A DNA stretch of 64,000 nucleotides from an uncultured Ruficoccus sp. (GTDB lineage: Bacteria > Verrucomicrobiota > Verrucomicrobiia > Opitutales > Cerasicoccaceae), in the NCBI GenBank assembly GCA_965140785.1, contig OZ223519.1:64001-128000 (forward strand), written 5' to 3'. Below are positions 58,523-64,000 of the stretch, in pieces. The position numbers and the translations under genes were made by a program. The number at the start of each line of letters is the position of its first letter. The stretch's first letter is position 1. The notes below the pieces were generated by a model, which saw only the letters and a list, made by a program, of their open reading frames with translations, was not told the origin of the DNA and did not search any database.

Positions 58523-59523
58523 ACATCGCCGTGCTCGGAGCCGGGGCCTGGGGAACGGCCATGGCGCTGCATCTTTCGCGTCTGAACCACCGCGTCACCC
58601 TGTGCCCGCGGCGGATGGACCACGCCCTGGAGCTGGCCAGCGCCCGCGAGAACCGCGATTACCTGCCGGGCTTTTCATGGGGGCCGGACTTGCAGATCGG
58701 GTGCGAGTTCAAGCCTGCGGTGATGGAGGCTGAGTTGGTTATTTTAGCCTGCCCGATTCGGGGGCTGCGGGAGTTTTGCCAGCGCCTGGCCGAGGCGCGC
58801 GAATCCGCCTGGCAGGCGGCCATGCTCGTGACCCTGTGCAAGGGCGTGGAAAAGGAATCTCTGCACGCCCCGAGCGAGATCGTGGCCGAACTGGTGCCGG
58901 ACATCGCGGTGGGCGCGCTCTCGGGCCCCTCCAATGCTGCCGAGGTCGCCGGGGGGAGCCCCACGGCGGTTACGCTGGCCAGCGAGGCCGAGGAGCCCCT
59001 GACCGCCCGGATGCAGGAGGCGTTCAACGGCAACGCCCTGCGCGTGTACCGGTCGGCAGACCTGCGTGGGGTCGAGTTGGGCGGGGCCTTGAAAAATATT
59101 TACGCCATCGGCGCTGGGCTGTGCGACGGGCTCAAGCTGGGCGACAACGCCAAGGCGGCCCTCCTCACGCGTTCGCTGCACGAGATGGTACGGCTTGGGA
59201 TCTCCCTCGGTGGTCAGGCCGAGACTTTCTACGGGCTCAGCGGAGTGGGGGACCTGATGGCGACCAGTTTCGGTGCCTGGAGCCGCAATCGGGGATTCGG
59301 TGAAGCTATCGGCAAGGGCCAGCGGGTGGCCGAGCTGCTCGATCATCGCAAGACCGTGGTCGAAGGATACGGTGCGACGGACGGCTACTGGCGGATTGTA
59401 AAAAAGTGCGGCGCGCGCACACCTATTCTTGATCAACTCCACGACATCCTCTATAAGGAGGTCGAACCCAGAGAGGCGCTGGGTGCCTTACTCGCCCGGA
59501 GCCTCAAACCCGAACACCTCTGA
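58519..59523 (+). CDS. gpsA: NAD(P)H-dependent glycerol-3-phosphate dehydrogenase
   Basis: GAGAWGTA, LSGPS.A.EV, GVELGGALKN and GLSGVGDL..T....SRNR. Confidence 0.97.
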   Translation: MNIAVLGAGAWGTAMALHLSRLNHRVTLCPRRMDHALELASARENRDYLPGFSWGPDLQIGCEFKPAVMEAELVILACPIRGLREFCQRLAEARESAWQAAMLVTLCKGVEKESLHAPSEIVAELVPDIAVGALSGPSNAAEVAGGSPTAVTLASEAEEPLTARMQEAFNGNALRVYRSADLRGVELGGALKNIYAIGAGLCDGLKLGDNAKAALLTRSLHEMVRLGISLGGQAETFYGLSGVGDLMATSFGAWSRNRGFGEAIGKGQRVAELLDHRKTVVEGYGATDGYWRIVKKCGARTPILDQLHDILYKEVEPREALGALLARSLKPEHL

Positions 59524-59804
59524 TGGATAACCCGGCCTCTTCCCGCTTCCTCATGGTCGAGCACCGGGATGGTCAGCGGGTGAAGGTTCTGATCCACCAC
59601 TTGGACAAACCCAGGCTCATGGTGGAGTTTGAGCCGCGCTTGGACGGCGAGGGCAAGATAACCGGTGGCGTGCTCAAGCGCGTGTGCGCGGAAAACTCCT
59701 GGAGCGGCAACTACGGCAGCTACACCCGTCTGGTCGGTCAGGCCGAGAAGTTCTTCCGCCGCTCGGTGGAGTCGGGCGTCCCCGTCAACCGCCTGTCGCT
59801 TTAG
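59523..59804 (+). CDS. Hypothetical protein
   Basis: Start overlaps the gpsA stop (TGATG); core-like codon usage. Confidence 0.7.
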   Translation: MDNPASSRFLMVEHRDGQRVKVLIHHLDKPRLMVEFEPRLDGEGKITGGVLKRVCAENSWSGNYGSYTRLVGQAEKFFRRSVESGVPVNRLSL

Positions 59805-59887
59805 CCGGGGATGTTTTTTATTTCTTGGGCTTACGCAGCCCAAACCCGCAGCAGCCGCAGGCTGCACTTTCGATGCTGCGCATCGCG

Positions 59888-59933
59888 TCAGCGTTTGTGG
59901 AAAAGAGTCACGACTCTTTTCCACAAACGCTGA
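59888..59933. repeat. Perfect 22-bp inverted repeat
   Basis: TCAGCGTTTGTGGAAAAGAGTC-ac-GACTCTTTTCCACAAACGCTGA. Confidence 0.85.
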
Positions 59934-60259
59934 GGGAGCATCAAAAACTGAGTCGCCACCAGAACACATACCGGCATCGAATGGTAGTGAGGGAAGAGCC
60001 GGAGCCCGTTAAGATTCGGAGTACCCAGCATGAAGAGGAAGCCCGAAGGGGCCAGGTCCATAACTTAAACGTTGGACGTTTTCGTTTGGCTGTTTCGATG
60101 AGATGTTTTTCCAGCTGGCAAGATGAGAAACCAGTAGGCAAATTGCCATTGACTGCAAGTTCCCCGACGCGGCCAGAAAGGCGCTGTCCCTGATAGCTGG
60201 TCCAGCCGGACCTTTGGGGCTTGCGCTGGCGGGCGGGGCGGACAACGTAGATGACCTTT

Positions 60260-60922
60260 ATGGCTAAGAAGACCGAAGGGCAGCTGTGGGAACTGCGCAA
60301 ATCCAGCATCCACAATCAGGGCATGTTCGCCGCCAGCGATATCGAAGCGGGCGACCGGATCATCCAGTACGTGGGCGAGAAGATTTCCAAAAAGGAATCG
60401 ACCCGCCGTGCCCTCGAGTGGGAGGAGAAGGCCCGTAAGAAGGGTGAGGGCCTGGTCTATATCTTCGACCTCAACAAGCGCTACGACCTCGACGGAAACA
60501 AGCCCAACAACCCGGCCAAGTACGTCAATCACTCCTGCGATCCGAACTGCGAGGCGGTCAACTACGACGGGGAGATCTGGATCGTCGCCCTGCGCGACAT
60601 CAAGGCCGGGGAGGAACTGGGCTTCGACTACGGCTACGACATCCAGCACTTCATGGATCACCCCTGCCGCTGCGGGTCGAAGAACTGCATCGGCTACATC
60701 GTCGCCCGCGAATACTGGCCCAAGCTGAAGAAGCTTCTGAAAAACAAGAAAAAAGCGGAGAAGGTCGGCAAAAAGGCCGCCAAGCCCGCCGACGAGGAGA
60801 AGCCCAAGCGGAAGAAAAAGGCCGTCAAGAAAACGTCCAAAAAGGCGACGTCCAAAAAGGCGACGAAGAAAGAGAGCGCTAAGAAAAAGAAAGCGGCCTC
60901 CAAAAAGGGTGCGAAGAAGTAA
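60260..60922 (+). CDS. SET-domain protein-lysine methyltransferase with post-SET Zn motif and Lys/Ala-rich tail
   Basis: [31 protein letters not shown] and CRCGSKNC, then about 65 aa of K/A-rich sequence. Start 60251 or 60260. Confidence 0.92.
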   Translation: MAKKTEGQLWELRKSSIHNQGMFAASDIEAGDRIIQYVGEKISKKESTRRALEWEEKARKKGEGLVYIFDLNKRYDLDGNKPNNPAKYVNHSCDPNCEAVNYDGEIWIVALRDIKAGEELGFDYGYDIQHFMDHPCRCGSKNCIGYIVAREYWPKLKKLLKNKKKAEKVGKKAAKPADEEKPKRKKKAVKKTSKKATSKKATKKESAKKKKAASKKGAKK

Positions 60923-60962
60923 GGCTGCTTTGGCCTGTGTCCGGCCGCGATAGGGCGGGGGA

Positions 60963-61709
60963 TTACCAGACAAATGGGATCAGGCGCTTGGTCTTTTGCC
61001 GGTAGGTCCTGAATTCATCGCCGTAGCGCTGCTCCAGATACGCGTCCAGCGTGGGGACGTGGTACGCGGCAAAGCTCCAGAGCATGCCCGCGGGCACGAG
61101 CAGCGTCCAGGCGTTGCGGGTCAGCAGGGCCAGCCCGGTAAACAGGAGTACGTCACCAAAATAGTTGATGTGCATGGCGTAGCGGAAAAGTCCGCCCGTG
61201 TAGCAGTGGCCGTGGTGGGCGGGGTTGCGTTTCCAGAGCTTGCGTTGCAGCTCCGAGCCGGTGTTGAGGAAGGAGCCGAGGGCGAAGAGGGTGAGCGCGG
61301 CGGTGTCGAGCAGGCCAAAGGCGAGCGGTGTTGCGCGCCAGGCGCCGCCACCGGCCAGCACGAAGCCGATCTCGATCAGGCCGATAAACGCCGCCAGCCC
61401 GAGCGCTTCGCCCCAGCTCAGCCGACGTTGCATGAGGTAAAACAGCGTGAAAGCGTGGCGCAGGAAGTAAACCGCCCCGCAGGCCAGGATCCATCGGGCG
61501 CGCTGCGGGTCGCTCAAGCTCCAGTTCTCCTGACCCAACCAACTGCCGAGCGTGTGCACGCCCTGTCCGAAGGCGAACCAGCCGCCCAGTGCCAAAGCCA
61601 GTCCGTGCAGCAGCCAGAAGGTCCACTTCTGGGGCCAGGAGCGGGCGTGCCTGCGGTCGATGCTGGGAGCTTTTTCCATCGGTCGTGTTGGTTTTGCTTT
61701 TTTGCGCAT
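60963..61709 (-). CDS. DUF1295 / steroid 5-alpha-reductase-like membrane protein
   Basis: SELQR..WK, YTGGLFRYAMHINYFGD and L..RYG.EF..Y...TKRLIPFVW. Start uncertain. Confidence 0.85.
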   Translation of the reverse strand: MRKKAKPTRPMEKAPSIDRRHARSWPQKWTFWLLHGLALALGGWFAFGQGVHTLGSWLGQENWSLSDPQRARWILACGAVYFLRHAFTLFYLMQRRLSWGEALGLAAFIGLIEIGFVLAGGGAWRATPLAFGLLDTAALTLFALGSFLNTGSELQRKLWKRNPAHHGHCYTGGLFRYAMHINYFGDVLLFTGLALLTRNAWTLLVPAGMLWSFAAYHVPTLDAYLEQRYGDEFRTYRQKTKRLIPFVW

Positions 61710-61860
61710 TGATAATTTAAGCCCGCGTAGGCGAGTTGGCACGGATATTCGGCGTGCGGAGGCGTTGTCGGGGCGCGAAAACAGAGGGGGTGTTCGAAAG
61801 CTTTTGCTTTGGGGAAGCAAAGTATTGTCAGCAGTAAGATTAATGCTCTATAAACATACT

Positions 61861-63423
61861 ATGAGCGAGATTGTGCCCGTTACTTTTAACAACAATGTCC
61901 TGCGCGACGGCCACCAGTCGCTGGCCGCGACTCGCATGAAGACCGAGCAGATGCTGCCGGTTTGCGAAGACCTCGACAACATCGGCTTTGGAGCCCTCGA
62001 AACCTGGGGTGGGGCGACGATCGACTCTGGCCTGCGCTTCCTCGACGAATTTCCTTTCGACCGGCTCGACGCGCTCAAGAAGGCCTGCCCGAAGACCCCG
62101 CACATGATGCTCCTGCGCGGCCAGAACATCGTGCAGTACGCGCACTTCCCCGACGATGTGGTCGAGAGCTTCATCAAGTGCTCGGCCAAGCACGGGATGA
62201 ACATCTTCCGCATCTTCGACGCCCTCAACGACCCGCGCAACATGGAGACGGCCATCCGTGCCGCCCGCGCCGCCGGAGCCGAGGCGCACGGCACGATTTG
62301 CTACACCACCAGCCCCGTCCACACGGTGGAGAAGTTCATCGAGCTGGGCTGCCGACTGGAGACGATGGGTGCGAGCGGCATTGTCATCAAGGACATGGCC
62401 GGGCTGATCCCGCCAATGCGCGCTGCCGCCATCGTTCAGGGCCTGAAGGCCAAGGTCAAGGTGCCGGTCTGGATTCACACCCACGACACCGCCGGGCTGG
62501 GCGCCTCCACTTATATGTCGGCGATTGATGCCGGGGTGGACGCCATCGACCTAGGCGTGATTCCCTTCGCCAACGGCACGGGGCAGCCCGACACCTCGCG
62601 CATGCTCGCCCTGCTCGCCGAACACCCCCGCTGTCCGGTCTGGTCGCAGGAAAACGACGAGCGCCTGGCTCGCGTGCGCGCGCATCTGATCCAAGTTTAC
62701 GCCGAGCTGAGCGACTTCACCAGCCACAAGAACGAGGTGGTCGATACCGACACGCTGTTGTACCAGGTACCCGGCGGTATGCTCAGCAACTTCCGCAACC
62801 AGCTCAAGGAGCAGAAGATGGAGGATAAGTTCGAGGCGGTCTTCGCCGAGATCCCCGTCGTGCGCGAGGCTCTGGGATGGATTCCGCTGGTGACGCCGAC
62901 TTCACAGATCGTCGGGATGCAGGCCTTCCTCAACGTCAAATTTGGCCGCTGGAAGCAGATTTCCCCGCAGGCGGCGGATATCGCACTAGGGTATTATGGT
63001 ACTACCCCGGCTCCAGTGAATCAGGAGATTCAGGCCCTGGCGGCGAAGCAATTTCAGAAGGATCCGATCACGGTTCGCCCGGTTGAGGCGCCCGGTTCCA
63101 ACCATGTCCACATGGATGAGTTGCGCAAGAAACTCCAGGAAAAAGGTCTGCCCGACGACGATGAGCACTGCGTTATCCACGCCATGTTTCCGGCTCAGTT
63201 GGAGAAGCATTACGCGGCTAAAAACGCCCCGAATCCCGCACCTGAAAAGGGCCCGGCTCCTGAGGGCACGCCTGCCAAGCCGGTCGTTCACCTGAGCCCC
63301 GCTGGTCAGCTGCCCGCGCATACGGCACCTGCCGCCTACTTGTCAGCTCCAGGAAAGGTGACGCGCCTGAACCTGAAAATTGAGGGCGAGGATCACGCGG
63401 TGACGGTTGAGGAATTGGCCTAG
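61861..63423 (+). CDS. Biotin-dependent carboxyltransferase subunit (OadA / pyruvate carboxylase B / transcarboxylase 5S-like), no biotinyl domain
   Basis: LRDGHQSLAATRM, ETWGGAT, MLLRGQN, FRIFDALND, IKDMAG, HTH, QVPGGMLSN and LVTPTSQIVG. No EAMKM motif. Confidence 0.92.
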   Translation: MSEIVPVTFNNNVLRDGHQSLAATRMKTEQMLPVCEDLDNIGFGALETWGGATIDSGLRFLDEFPFDRLDALKKACPKTPHMMLLRGQNIVQYAHFPDDVVESFIKCSAKHGMNIFRIFDALNDPRNMETAIRAARAAGAEAHGTICYTTSPVHTVEKFIELGCRLETMGASGIVIKDMAGLIPPMRAAAIVQGLKAKVKVPVWIHTHDTAGLGASTYMSAIDAGVDAIDLGVIPFANGTGQPDTSRMLALLAEHPRCPVWSQENDERLARVRAHLIQVYAELSDFTSHKNEVVDTDTLLYQVPGGMLSNFRNQLKEQKMEDKFEAVFAEIPVVREALGWIPLVTPTSQIVGMQAFLNVKFGRWKQISPQAADIALGYYGTTPAPVNQEIQALAAKQFQKDPITVRPVEAPGSNHVHMDELRKKLQEKGLPDDDEHCVIHAMFPAQLEKHYAAKNAPNPAPEKGPAPEGTPAKPVVHLSPAGQLPAHTAPAAYLSAPGKVTRLNLKIEGEDHAVTVEELA

Positions 63424-63488
63424 GTCATATTTCTAGGGTGAGCAGTCTATACTTGCCTTAGGCTGGCTCACATGGTTAGCCTAACGCA

Positions 63489-64000
63489 ATGACCCTTGGG
63501 TTCTTGATTGTCTCCCGCCGTATTATCGGCATCCAAGCCCGGTGGCCAGCTGTTGCCGGGTGTGTGTGGCTGGCCTCGATAGCCGGGGTCGGTGCGCAAT
63601 CCGGTTCCCCGTCCATCCCGGAGGAGACCGGGCAGCCCTCGGCTCAAGCAGAGGCTAATACTCTGCCGACGGCAGACGCAGACGATTCGAAAGCGATCTC
63701 TACAACGCGGGCCCATGAGGTCTATGAGCAGTTGCAGAGCGCGTCGGAGAAGCCGCAGGAGGAGCCCGCGTCAACGACCGCAGCTCAACGAACTCCTGAC
63801 AAGCCCCTCCATTCTAATTTGGCGAGTGGCGCCACGCACATCTGGTGGACGTTGTGGACAGCCGGCGTGATTGCCGGAACCGCCTTGATCATTTATCTGG
63901 CTTTTCTGTGGCGCAGCATCGTGAAAGGGAAGAAGCGCACCCCCAATACGGTTGAGCGCGAACCTCTTCTCGTGAGATTACAATCACCCGCGTCGCTTAC
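63489..64000 (+). CDS. Hypothetical membrane protein (runs off the window)
   Basis: Hand translation from ATG 63489 stays open to the end: signal-like N-terminus, S/A/E/P-rich linker, TM segment WWTLWTAGVIAGTALIIYLAFLW followed by RSIVKGKKR. Confidence 0.6.
   Translation, partial: MTLGFLIVSRRIIGIQARWPAVAGCVWLASIAGVGAQSGSPSIPEETGQPSAQAEANTLPTADADDSKAISTTRAHEVYEQLQSASEKPQEEPASTTAAQRTPDKPLHSNLASGATHIWWTLWTAGVIAGTALIIYLAFLWRSIVKGKKRTPNTVEREPLLVRLQSPASL

Overview
The window looks like a Verrucomicrobiota (probably Opitutia) chromosome segment, judged from the PEP-CTERM proteins, H-X9-DG prepilin-like proteins and the type of LacI regulator. Positions 1-~48,180 form a lower-GC carbohydrate-catabolism island that abuts the 3' end of a tRNA-His gene (48183-48260, minus strand). 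The island carries two divergent GH78 paralogues, a TRAP transporter, GH110-, GH130-, GH99/71-, GH10- and PL22-like enzymes, Asp-box sialidase-like proteins, and an aldolase/kinase/dehydrogenase cluster. It also has four PEP-CTERM proteins, two prepilin-like proteins and many IS3 and integrase-core (rve) transposase relics. Positions ~48,400-64,000 are high-GC core genome: nrdDG with tandem NrdR boxes, lexA, a PhaR-like gene, an atypical kinase-like gene, a CoA-transferase, panB, gpsA, a SET-domain protein and a carboxyltransferase. The most unusual signal came from hand-aligning the degenerate transposase copies against their more intact relatives. They contain at least nine very short (23-51 nt) hairpin insertions of two distinct architectures, in two unrelated transposase families. 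One 43-nt insert is identical and at the same site in two otherwise clearly diverged IS copies. All alignments and family calls were made by eye, with no database searches.
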